Origin: Candidatus Thorarchaeota archaeon
GTDB taxonomy: Archaea; Asgardarchaeota; Thorarchaeia; Thorarchaeales; Thorarchaeaceae
Reading direction: 5' to 3'
NCBI GenBank assembly: GCA_020355105.1
Contig: CP070658.1
Coordinates: 1,790,688-1,842,494, forward strand
DNA length: 51,807 nt
Shown here: piece by piece, positions 36,306-44,771 of the stretch
Numbering within the stretch: the stretch's first letter is position 1
Layout of the letters: every line of letters begins with the position of its first letter
Notes under the pieces: model-generated
Databases searched by the model: none
What the model was told of the DNA's origin: nothing
Seen by the model: the letters and a program-made list of their open reading frames with translations, nothing else
Position numbers and translations under genes: made by a program

Positions 36306-36511
36306 CCAAAAAGAACAGGCACATTACCGCTAACTAGATTTCAGGCAGATGCCAGTACATTCCCTAGGAAACAATGTTCGTTGAAATGGATTCTTGATAT
36401 CTCACAGTCGACGATTCTGGCCCCGACTGACAGAAAGAGGGGTCACCGTAACTATTCGGTGACTAACACGCGAGAGAATCGACCTCACATTCTAAGGTTA
36501 CGATTTTAAGG

Positions 36512-37513
36512 ATGAGGTGGAGGAAACAGACTGATACTACCATGAACAAATACGCTATTGTTCTCATTATCCTTGCCTGCGTGACGTCTATGGTACGATT
36601 CGGCCACGTCTATCCAGATAGCTATGCCTATCTCAGTTATATCGACTATTTCGATGGCATCGGAAGTTTCGAAGACGTTTCTACTCCGTTCGCATTGAGA
36701 CCTGCAATGCCCGTGGTAGTGTCACTGCTAAATGGACTACTGGACTCTTTTCTGATACTCTCCATTCTGAACTTGGGTTTCGTGTGCCTAATCAGTCTTG
36801 GACTGTTTAGGTATGTGAAGAACTACCACTTAGATGAAAGGACGGCCTTTGTCGCAGCAGCCATTTGCACCGTGTCATTCCCAGTTGCTTACTATGGTGC
36901 TGTACCTCTGGTAGACGCACTCGCCATTCTCATAATGCTGGTCGTTGTGATAGGACAGATCGAAGGGAAGGGTGATTGGTTTGCAATGACCTTCCTTCTT
37001 CTAGGAGTTATTGTGAAGGAAGTGGTTCTATTCATAGGGCTGTACTATGTGCTGAGGGAGATGGAGGAGTCGAGGGCAGAATCTGACCTAAAGACCGCCT
37101 TCTTGGTAGGAGTCAAGAAACTTTGGATACTAATACCAGCTTCTATACTCCACCTGACTCTCAGGTTTCTAATATTCGGTGGGCTGGCAAATTCACTTCA
37201 TTTCCACCTCGGCATCTTTGAGTCATCGCTGAGAATGATTCAAGTGGCAGGAGGAATCGGAATAACGTTCGTTCTGCCGATGATAATCCTCCTGATTACA
37301 ATCAGGAGAGAGAAATGCCAATCATGGGGAATAGCAAAGAGAGACGCTCTGTTAGGATTCATATCACTTCTCCCCTTGGCGTTTCTCGGTCTGTTCTTCG
37401 CCTATTTCGATGCACGATTCATATGGCCTCTGTATCTTCCACTGGTACCAATAATCGGCTGCTCAATCAAAATCCTGACTGGTCAGACTAGTCCGGATGG
37501 ACCAATCATATGA
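36512..37513 (+). CDS. Polytopic membrane protein (about 9 TM helices), possibly a GT-C-type glycosyltransferase
   Basis: Hydrophobicity pattern, with an acidic/aromatic first loop (YPDSYAYLSYIDYFD). The assignment is weak. Confidence 0.45.
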   Translation: MRWRKQTDTTMNKYAIVLIILACVTSMVRFGHVYPDSYAYLSYIDYFDGIGSFEDVSTPFALRPAMPVVVSLLNGLLDSFLILSILNLGFVCLISLGLFRYVKNYHLDERTAFVAAAICTVSFPVAYYGAVPLVDALAILIMLVVVIGQIEGKGDWFAMTFLLLGVIVKEVVLFIGLYYVLREMEESRAESDLKTAFLVGVKKLWILIPASILHLTLRFLIFGGLANSLHFHLGIFESSLRMIQVAGGIGITFVLPMIILLITIRREKCQSWGIAKRDALLGFISLLPLAFLGLFFAYFDARFIWPLYLPLVPIIGCSIKILTGQTSPDGPII

Positions 37514-37889
37514 TTGCTAGGAGAAACTTGTCCGAGTCGAACGTATTCCTCTGAGATGCGGCCGGCTTGCTGATTGTAAGAACCAGTCTTAGGCCTCCAA
37601 TTGCACCAACGACCTCCAGACCTGTATCCTCCTTGATGCGGAATACCTTTCCTTCCGCATACAGCTTCGCATTAGGACCTCTTGCAATCGGCTTAGAGTC
37701 TATCACTATGGTGACTTCATCCTTGGGATTCATTGTGTCGCAGAGAACTTCTGGAAGCTCCAAAACCACTCTGGCCCCCTCCTCCTTGCTGACCATGTTC
37801 AAGACCTTCAGTTTCCTTGTTTCAGTGTCCTCAATGGACTCAATTATGGCATTCTTCAGTCTGACCACCATAGTATTCAGACGCTCCAA
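37506..37889 (-). CDS. RNA polymerase subunit Rpo8 (RpoG / Rpb8 homolog) candidate
   Basis: VVLELPEVL....KDEVTIVIDS parallels LDINVELFPV..QDSLTVTIASS of yeast Rpb8. GAIGGLRLVL......F.SDKFLLAI parallels SFGGLLMRLEG...L...NAYLLI. Confidence 0.5.
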   Translation of the reverse strand: MERLNTMVVRLKNAIIESIEDTETRKLKVLNMVSKEEGARVVLELPEVLCDTMNPKDEVTIVIDSKPIARGPNAKLYAEGKVFRIKEDTGLEVVGAIGGLRLVLTISKPAASQRNTFDSDKFLLAII

Positions 37890-37988
37890 TTCCTCAGAAG
37901 CAGAGGGCAGTCAGTCTTGAATTAAAGTTGTCGCTGTAATCATGTGGCGTTTTTTAGGGAATACAAGCACCAAGTTGCGGTGGGCCAT

Positions 37989-40040
37989 TTGGAGAAAAGA
38001 CCACTGATTGCACTCATAGCCTCGGTTTCTGTCCTGCTATGCCTAGTCACACCAGTATCCGCATACTACTTCGAGTTTGACTACTTCGAAACGGACAAGC
38101 TTGTCTACGAGGTCGGAGAAACAATCAATATGGTCGCCAGGTTGATAGCAGATTTCAGCCCTCAAGGATGGTGCTACGTTTCCTTTGGTGTCACAACCGA
38201 TTTAGGGCCGGTGTTTGGCAACAGCTACTTCATTCCTTCATCCACCGAAGCGCGACTCTTCAACTCATCCTACACAATAGTACCTGAAGACACCTCTCCA
38301 GGTTCTGGAGGCACAGAGGCATACGTGATATTCACCGTTGAAATCTATGACTCATACTCACAGGGGGACGGTGATACAGTCCAGATAAACATCACAAGAG
38401 GATCTGTACAAGTGAGTTCGCTTTCACCACTAAGCTTAGAATTCGATGATAATACGACCCTAGTCTTCAAGGTCACCTCTGTACACAATGATATCATTAC
38501 TTACGCAGATTCACCCGTAACAGTTACACTACTCGACTCCTTCATGGCTCAACTGTTCCAAGAACACACCACAACCTCTTCAGATGGTATGGTTGACCTC
38601 AATTGGAACTCTTCAATGGCATCTCCTGGCGACTACACTCTAACGCTATCGAGCAATGGAACTGAGGATTTCCTTCCGTTCTCACAGTCGTTTCCAGTCG
38701 CGATAACACAACCTTCTTCCAATCTGACAGTGGTTAGCGCGCCAGTGTCGGTATATTGTCAGACTCCTGACGGGGCTCAAGTGGAATCCATTGACATTTC
38801 TGCAGAGCAGCGAAACGAGGAAGGAGGACCCATAACCGATAGCACAATCCTGTGGGAAACCACCTTCTCGGCAGGTACCATGACTCACATCGGAAGCGGG
38901 GTCTATCACGCATCTATCTCATTTGAAACACAGCCTGGACTTTCTCACGTCAACCTCACTGCAAACAACCCTCTCTACATGACCGAGTATGAAAGCATTG
39001 GAATCCAAGTCCTACCTCGGCCTCTACAGATTACATCGACAGAGTCGGATTGGGACGCACAACGGCGAGGCAATGTATCCATTGCTGTCGATGTGAGTTC
39101 CATGTGGTTGCTCAACCAGTCTATTCCGATATTGCTCACAGACTCACAAGGACAACTCGACACGTACACTTCAGTCAATGCCAACACACAATCTGAGATT
39201 CTCCTCAACATCAAGCAAAGCGCATCTCTGGGTCCACACACATTTACAATTGAGATCGAAGACACGTCGTTTCAGCTTACGGATGCTTCCAGTTTCGAGG
39301 TGTTTGTATACGGCACAATCAATGCCCAAATTGAAATGGCTGTAGCGTACTATGCAGAAGAATTCAGCATAGCCCTGAATATGACAGATGACAATAGTCA
39401 ATCCGTGAGCATGACCAATCTCAGTCTATGGGTTGATGATTTCACGTTTCCCGCAGCCTATATCGAGAATGTAGGCACCCTATCTCCTGTGACCGTTCTT
39501 CTACCAAGCTGGGTTTCTCCAGGCTTACATGAAATGGTATTGGATGTAGAGAGTCCTTGGTGTGGAAGAACCAACGTATCAACGCAAGTAGTGGTCTGGA
39601 TGCGCACCAGCATTCTTGTCGTTGTAGGATATGACCATGAATTACCACAGATGCTAGGAACCAACCAACTTCCGCCGAGTGTTCAGACAGAACCAGTGAT
39701 TCTCTCAACGATTTCCGCCGGTTCTATCATCCGTCCTCCTCCGATCTTAGTCAACGATACAACATCCACTGAACCACCCACCGCCCGCGAAACCTCTCGA
39801 GAGAGCTGGCCCAGACTTAGTTCCGGTACCAACAACGATTCGACGGACCTCGCGAACTCTGCCAGTTCGGCATCAGGGAACGGCCAGAGCGTTCTCAACC
39901 TGAGAGACCTGATATCTACAGAGCTGTTTGTCATGACTTCCTCAACAGACCGGGACGTACACCCATACGAAACAACTCCCCAATCTGCTGATTTAGGTCC
40001 AGACAACACTACATCAGTCAGGAGCTCTCGTTCATTCTGA
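37989..40040 (+). CDS. Secreted repeat-rich surface protein 2; the 3' end is unreliable
   Basis: A TTG start gives the signal peptide MEKRPLIALIASVSVLLCLVTPVSA|YY. The protein has beta-rich modules and many N-x-S/T sequons. The last 358 nt are antisense to korA, and there is no C-terminal anchor. Confidence 0.55.
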   Translation: MEKRPLIALIASVSVLLCLVTPVSAYYFEFDYFETDKLVYEVGETINMVARLIADFSPQGWCYVSFGVTTDLGPVFGNSYFIPSSTEARLFNSSYTIVPEDTSPGSGGTEAYVIFTVEIYDSYSQGDGDTVQINITRGSVQVSSLSPLSLEFDDNTTLVFKVTSVHNDIITYADSPVTVTLLDSFMAQLFQEHTTTSSDGMVDLNWNSSMASPGDYTLTLSSNGTEDFLPFSQSFPVAITQPSSNLTVVSAPVSVYCQTPDGAQVESIDISAEQRNEEGGPITDSTILWETTFSAGTMTHIGSGVYHASISFETQPGLSHVNLTANNPLYMTEYESIGIQVLPRPLQITSTESDWDAQRRGNVSIAVDVSSMWLLNQSIPILLTDSQGQLDTYTSVNANTQSEILLNIKQSASLGPHTFTIEIEDTSFQLTDASSFEVFVYGTINAQIEMAVAYYAEEFSIALNMTDDNSQSVSMTNLSLWVDDFTFPAAYIENVGTLSPVTVLLPSWVSPGLHEMVLDVESPWCGRTNVSTQVVVWMRTSILVVVGYDHELPQMLGTNQLPPSVQTEPVILSTISAGSIIRPPPILVNDTTSTEPPTARETSRESWPRLSSGTNNDSTDLANSASSASGNGQSVLNLRDLISTELFVMTSSTDRDVHPYETTPQSADLGPDNTTSVRSSRSF

Positions 40041-40813
40041 ACCTTTCCAGTGATTCTACGAATCAGATTGTTGTGAGTTTCAGAATCAGCGGTTCTCCTG
40101 AAACCCAACTCGTCATGCGTGGACCCAGTGACTAGCAAGTCATGTCCATCGCCGAACCGAGGCATTATTGACACTCCATTGTCAATCCCGCCATAAGGTG
40201 GCTCTCCGCTTCTAGCGAAACGACGCTTCACCCCGACATCCCGGTTAGAGTCTATCATGACCCTCTCACGGGAGTGTGCCACGATTTCGTCTGATAACAA
40301 TATCACTGGATGTCTAAGCTTTTCTGATAAGAGGAATGCACGTATTGTGAGCTCATAGGTTTCTTGGGCCGAATAAGGTGCCAGCACTATACTCTCATGA
40401 TCCCCATGCGTTCCCCATCCGGCCTGCATGAAATCGCCCTGAGCTGCCTTTGTGGCTTGTCCAGTGCTAGGACCCGCTCTTTGCACGTTGGCAATTACAC
40501 AGGGGGCTTCAGTCATTATTGCATATCCGATGTTCTCCTGCATAAGGCTAAAGCCTGGCCCCGACGTTGCTGTCATTGAGAGTGCCCCTCCCCACGAAGC
40601 ACCGATGACCGCAGAGATCGCTGCTATCTCATCTTCCATCTGTAGATAGGTTCCTCCAACCCGCGGAAGTCGAGATGCCATAATCTCTGCAATCTCCGAG
40701 GCTGGTGTGATTGGATATCCAGCGAAGAATGTGCAACCTGCCGCAATTGCAGCCTCTGCACACGCCTGATTTCCCTGCCAAAAGTCTATTCTTGTGCCTT
40801 CAGGGGACATCAC
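39683..40813 (-). CDS. korA: 2-oxoacid:ferredoxin oxidoreductase alpha subunit (KorA/PorA/VorA type)
   Basis: Contains GNQACAEAAIAAGC.FFAGYPITPASEI, YLQMEDEIAAI, and GASWGG...MTATSGPGFSLM. The conserved C-terminus reads LRTLWPFP....EF......LVPELSLGQL. Confidence 0.85.
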   Translation of the reverse strand: MMSPEGTRIDFWQGNQACAEAAIAAGCTFFAGYPITPASEIAEIMASRLPRVGGTYLQMEDEIAAISAVIGASWGGALSMTATSGPGFSLMQENIGYAIMTEAPCVIANVQRAGPSTGQATKAAQGDFMQAGWGTHGDHESIVLAPYSAQETYELTIRAFLLSEKLRHPVILLSDEIVAHSRERVMIDSNRDVGVKRRFARSGEPPYGGIDNGVSIMPRFGDGHDLLVTGSTHDELGFRRTADSETHNNLIRRITGKVQNERELLTDVVLSGPKSADWGVVSYGCTSRSVEEVMTNSSVDIRSLRLRTLWPFPDAELAEFARSVESLLVPELSLGQLSREVSRAVGGSVDVVSLTKIGGGRMIEPAEIVERITGSV

Positions 40814-40944
40814 TTAACATCTCTCTAGGGAATGCGCGGTGTCCCAAGTTCAAGATAAGCATTGACATTCGACACCACCCGATTGCCATTTGACGTAAGA
40901 GAACAACGATACTCTTTTATCAAGACATCTGAGTGAGGCGTCCG

Positions 40945-41021
40945 GCGACTGTAGTCTAGCTTGGTTAGGACGGAAGCCTCCCAAGCTTCCAACCCGGGTT
41001 CAAATCCCGGCAGTCGCACCA
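40945..41021 (+). tRNA. tRNA-Gly(CCC), CCA encoded
   Basis: GCGACTG-TA-GTCT-AGCTTGGTTA-GGAC-G-GAAGC-CTCCCAA-GCTTC-CAAC-CCGGG-TTCAAAT-CCCGG-CAGTCGC-A-CCA folds as a canonical cloverleaf. Confidence 0.9.
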
Positions 41022-41243
41022 CGTCTTCAGTGAAACTTAAGGCTGAAGCTATGTCATACTTCAGCGGCGAGTGATGACTAACATGACCCCAATGAGTCCA
41101 ATAGGACGATGATATGGATCTTGAGTTAAGAACTCGCCACTATTACTTTCGGCAACCTCCCCTGCCAATGTACTTTTAATCGAACACTCCACATAACTCT
41201 TTTAAGGCTCATGGGACCAGATATCCTTGGGCTGTGATGACTC

Positions 41244-42440
41244 GTGACTCATGACTACATTGAAGATGAACTGAGTCGGCAAAGTGTATTCAAGTCTGAA
41301 CAGCTACTCTCCATAGACTATGTGCCCGAAAAGCTTCCGCATCGGGAATCGGAGCTGAAGGTCCTTGCGCAGAGCTTCAAGACACTCATTACATCTCCTG
41401 GCCGTACGAGTCAGAAGTTCATAATCGAGGGGCCCGTTGGGACCGGTAAGACTGCTGTCACTAAGCGCTTTGCAGACCAGATGATTCAAGCTGCTGAGCG
41501 GCGTGGCATAAGACTACATAAGCTCCACATCAATTGCCGTGTGAGTAAGAGCGCATACCTGGTCTACTTGAGAATACTCAAGGAGTTCAAGCCAAAGTTT
41601 CCTCGTCGAGGACACTCACCAGAAGAACTTCTTCAGATGGTCGTCGAAGTCTTGGACGAAGAAGACCGCTATCTTCTATTAATGCTGGATGAACTTGACT
41701 ACTTCATCCGTCAGCGGGGGGCCGACATACTCTATGATCTCACTAGACTCATGGACGACAGATTGAACGCCCCACAGCGTCTCTCAATAATTGGCATTGG
41801 ACGAAAGGTCTCTCTGAGCGAAGACATACTGGATTCAAGCACACTTAGCACACTTCAGCGCAACATACTTCGTTTCGAGCAGTACAGTTCCGAAGCACTC
41901 TATGACATTCTCAAAGAAAGGTCAGACATGGCATTTGAAGAGAACACGGTTATGGATGAAACACTCCAGCTGATTTGCGATATCGCTTCAGATCGAGGAG
42001 ACGCTCGTTACGCAATTGAACTTCTATGGAGAGCAGGAAAACAAGCTGACAGTATAAACTCCAGAAAGGTGATTCCAGACTACGCAAGAAAGGCCAAAGC
42101 TGACACTCATCCAGAGTTGAGAAAGGAGATATTCACCACCCTGCCGAAACAGAATAGCCTTCTTCTTCTAGCGGCCGCGCGCCAATTGAAGGAGAATCGA
42201 GGAGCCTACATCACAATGGGTGAACTGGAGGAGATGTACCAATCTGTATGCGAGGAGTACAATGAGGAACCACGAGCTCACACTCAGGTCTGGGAGTGGG
42301 TTCAGGACTTGAATTCTCATGGATTGGTTGACACAAAACGTTCAGGCGTCGGGCAGAGAGGCCAAACAACACTCATAGGGCTGTCCGATGTACCTGCGGA
42401 ATTGTTGGAGCACTACCTACTGGAGTTGCTCGGGAGATAG
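41244..42440 (+). CDS. orc1: Orc1/Cdc6 replication initiator
   Basis: Contains L..DYVPEKLPHRE.E, Walker A GPVGTGKTA, Walker B LLMLDELD, a sensor region with GDARYAIELL, and a C-terminal winged helix. Confidence 0.95.
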   Translation: MTHDYIEDELSRQSVFKSEQLLSIDYVPEKLPHRESELKVLAQSFKTLITSPGRTSQKFIIEGPVGTGKTAVTKRFADQMIQAAERRGIRLHKLHINCRVSKSAYLVYLRILKEFKPKFPRRGHSPEELLQMVVEVLDEEDRYLLLMLDELDYFIRQRGADILYDLTRLMDDRLNAPQRLSIIGIGRKVSLSEDILDSSTLSTLQRNILRFEQYSSEALYDILKERSDMAFEENTVMDETLQLICDIASDRGDARYAIELLWRAGKQADSINSRKVIPDYARKAKADTHPELRKEIFTTLPKQNSLLLLAAARQLKENRGAYITMGELEEMYQSVCEEYNEEPRAHTQVWEWVQDLNSHGLVDTKRSGVGQRGQTTLIGLSDVPAELLEHYLLELLGR

Positions 42441-42481
42441 GGGGTTTCTGACAATTACCAGCGACTCTGCAAACATATCGC

Positions 42482-42744
42482 GTGTTTCCATTGAGGAGAT
42501 ATTCTCGTCAAGAGGGAGAATCAAGATTCTGAAAGAGCTGGCCACCTCCAGTGAGTTGAACATATCAGAGCTCTGTAGGAGAGTTTCCTTGAACCATAGC
42601 TCAACCAAATCGCATCTTGAGGTGCTAATTGCATCAGGTCTCGTTGAAGAGAAGATGTTTGGAAGAATCAAGATCTATCGATATCGCATTGAAGACCATC
42701 GGGCTCGGGCACTCAGAAACCTGTTCGGCCTTTGGCAGTCATAA
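42482..42744 (+). CDS. ArsR-family winged-helix transcription regulator
   Basis: Contains IFSSRGRIKILKELA...LNISELCRRVSLNHSSTKSHLEVLIASGLVEE. A GTG start was chosen downstream of the orc1 stop. Confidence 0.6.
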
Positions 42745-42760
42745 CGGAGAGGTCGCGTGT

Positions 42761-43591
42761 TTGACTTCCTATGTTGCCCGCGTGTGCTATCTTGGAGGGA
42801 GATACCATGGGTCGCAGTATCAGCCAGGACTTGACACCATACAAAGTGAACTAATCGAGGCCGTGAGCAAATGGAGCGGGGACTCTCATTCTACTCAGAC
42901 AATTCAACTAGCGGGAAGAACAGATCGGGGCGTCCATAGCATTGGTCAGATTGTCCAAATTGTCACAGAGAAGAGTCTCGACATAGATAGGATTAACAGA
43001 CACCTCCCACGGGACATCACACTTTGGGCATATGCACCAGCCCCAAGCAACTTCCGGCCACGATTCGATGCGCTTATGCGTCATTACAGATACTACTTTG
43101 ATTCCCCCTCGTCTACCCTTGATATACCACCCATGCGTCACTCATTGCAGCTCATGCTAGGTTCTCACGACTTCCACCAGCTCGCGAAACCAGATGGAAA
43201 CCGGCCAACTACAGCAACAATCCTAAATGCGTGCCTGATTGAACACAATGGTACACTCGTGCTGGACTTATTCGGAACCAATTTCCTATGGAAACTTGTA
43301 CGAAAGACAGTGTCCTTGCTGCAGGAGATTGGAGAAGGGAAATCGAGCCCTTCTCTCATAGCTGATATTCTTGCGGGACATAGTGTGATTCCTAGTGGGA
43401 TTAGACCAGCACCACCTGAGAACCTTGTTCTGGTGGAAACTGTTATTTCACTTCGGATGAAACCCAGTGAGTTCGCCATAAAGAGAATCCACAAGCATGT
43501 TGGTGATTATCTGAAATCCCTTGATAGATTCAAGCTGACGCTTGCAGCTGTCACCAACGACTATCTCTCTAATCTAAGAAACTTCCCTTGA
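42761..43591 (+). CDS. truA: tRNA pseudouridine synthase A (TruA/Pus1 family)
   Basis: Contains YLGGRYHGSQYQ and the catalytic GRTDRGVHS. A TTG start was chosen after the ArsR stop. Confidence 0.85.
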   Translation: MTSYVARVCYLGGRYHGSQYQPGLDTIQSELIEAVSKWSGDSHSTQTIQLAGRTDRGVHSIGQIVQIVTEKSLDIDRINRHLPRDITLWAYAPAPSNFRPRFDALMRHYRYYFDSPSSTLDIPPMRHSLQLMLGSHDFHQLAKPDGNRPTTATILNACLIEHNGTLVLDLFGTNFLWKLVRKTVSLLQEIGEGKSSPSLIADILAGHSVIPSGIRPAPPENLVLVETVISLRMKPSEFAIKRIHKHVGDYLKSLDRFKLTLAAVTNDYLSNLRNFP

Positions 43592-44771
43592 CCCCCAGCC
43601 AACTGGAGAAAGTCTTTCTGAGTCCTGGACTCCGCCTCACAATCTCGGATATAGCGTTCCCGTATGTTCCAATGGCTCTATCTCTTGAAACCCCTGCAAC
43701 TGCTGATAGGGCTGCGAGAAGGTCCTTCTGCTTATCGCGTTTTCTTTTACCTTGCCACATTAACAACGGCCAAGTTGGCCTAGAGTACTGGACATTTCGA
43801 TAGGGCGTTTCTGTTCTGCTTGTAGCAATCCCAGCAGATAGGAAGTCATAGATGTATGCAAGCAGCTTCCAGTTCTGTCCTCTCATTATCCTTCCTAAGG
43901 ACAAGTCCGCCAAGGAGAGGAACTCCAGTCCGAGCTCCAATTCTTTCGGAGTCAACAAGTGGAGTTGAACGTTCTCTTCAAGCCACAACAACAGCTCTCT
44001 GTGATCAACATCCAGCTCAGAAATCACTTGTCTGGCCGCACCAGGGTCTGTCGTCATGAAGAGTCGACGAAGGACCTCTTCCACATCACGTCGAATGTCT
44101 CTGGATGACAGTATCTCTTCCGGCGAATGCTCCCCTACCAAGACAGTTTCAAGGTCAGAGATTGCTGCACGAAGGTCACCACCAGACTGTCCTATAATCT
44201 CCTCCATTTTCTCATCAGACAACTCAAGTCCCTGTGTCGCCACAATCTTTCTCAACACGTCTAGCATATGCTTGGACTCAATATGAGTAAAAGTGAACAC
44301 CTTACACTTCTTGACCAAGCTTCGTAGACGCGGACTATGAGGGTCATTTGCAGTCATCACAATTGGGTGGCCTGTTTCATCTATAATCTTCAGGATAGCA
44401 TTGACTCCGCCCCTGTCACTCGTGCCCGACAGACCATCAACTTCATCCAAGAGGATTATTCGAAGGCGTCCATCTAATGTCTGCTGAGTTGCCGCCTTCC
44501 ATACATGATTCTCAATGACGCCCTTGTTTCGTTTATCACTCGAGTTGAATTCCACTAGTTCGAGATCGTAGTCCCGGGAGAGCGCACCGATGGATGCCGT
44601 CTTTCCAACACCAGGCGGACCAATCAACAATACTGCCTTGACACTAGGTGTTCCTCTGACCCAAGACTCTATCCAGTTTCTCAGCCCCTTGACTGATACG
44701 ATGTTACCAACTATCTCCTTCAGAAACTCCGGCCTATACCTCTCAGGCCAAGGAAGCTTCTCATTCTTCAT
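43569..44771 (-). CDS. rfcL: Replication factor C large subunit
   Basis: Contains PW.ERYRP, Walker A GPPGVGKTA, and ILLDEVDG. There is a 4-nt overlap with rfcS. Confidence 0.9.
   Translation of the reverse strand: MKNEKLPWPERYRPEFLKEIVGNIVSVKGLRNWIESWVRGTPSVKAVLLIGPPGVGKTASIGALSRDYDLELVEFNSSDKRNKGVIENHVWKAATQQTLDGRLRIILLDEVDGLSGTSDRGGVNAILKIIDETGHPIVMTANDPHSPRLRSLVKKCKVFTFTHIESKHMLDVLRKIVATQGLELSDEKMEEIIGQSGGDLRAAISDLETVLVGEHSPEEILSSRDIRRDVEEVLRRLFMTTDPGAARQVISELDVDHRELLLWLEENVQLHLLTPKELELGLEFLSLADLSLGRIMRGQNWKLLAYIYDFLSAGIATSRTETPYRNVQYSRPTWPLLMWQGKRKRDKQKDLLAALSAVAGVSRDRAIGTYGNAISEIVRRSPGLRKTFSSWLGVKGSFLD

Noticed and set aside
33028-41021. Integrated mobile element bounded by the two tRNA genes
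   Set aside because: I found no integrase, transposase or plasmid/virus hallmark gene. I also found no duplicated tRNA 3' fragment (att-like direct repeat). Housekeeping-type genes (TFB, Rpo8-like) lie inside the interval.
40825-41022. 65-aa minus-strand ORF
   Set aside because: It is the antisense of tRNA-Gly(CCC), and its GFEPG-type translation is the usual tRNA T-arm artefact.
41066-41138. C/D box sRNA
   Set aside because: A C-box and a terminal stem are present. However, there is no canonical D box (CUGA) adjacent to the 3' stem, and the C'/D' spacing does not fit. It is kept only as a structured-element observation.
41022-41243. Origin of replication directly upstream of orc1
   Set aside because: Only a degenerate TTCAGTGAAAC string is present. 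There is no G-string-bearing ORB, no inverted pair and no marked A/T-rich tract.
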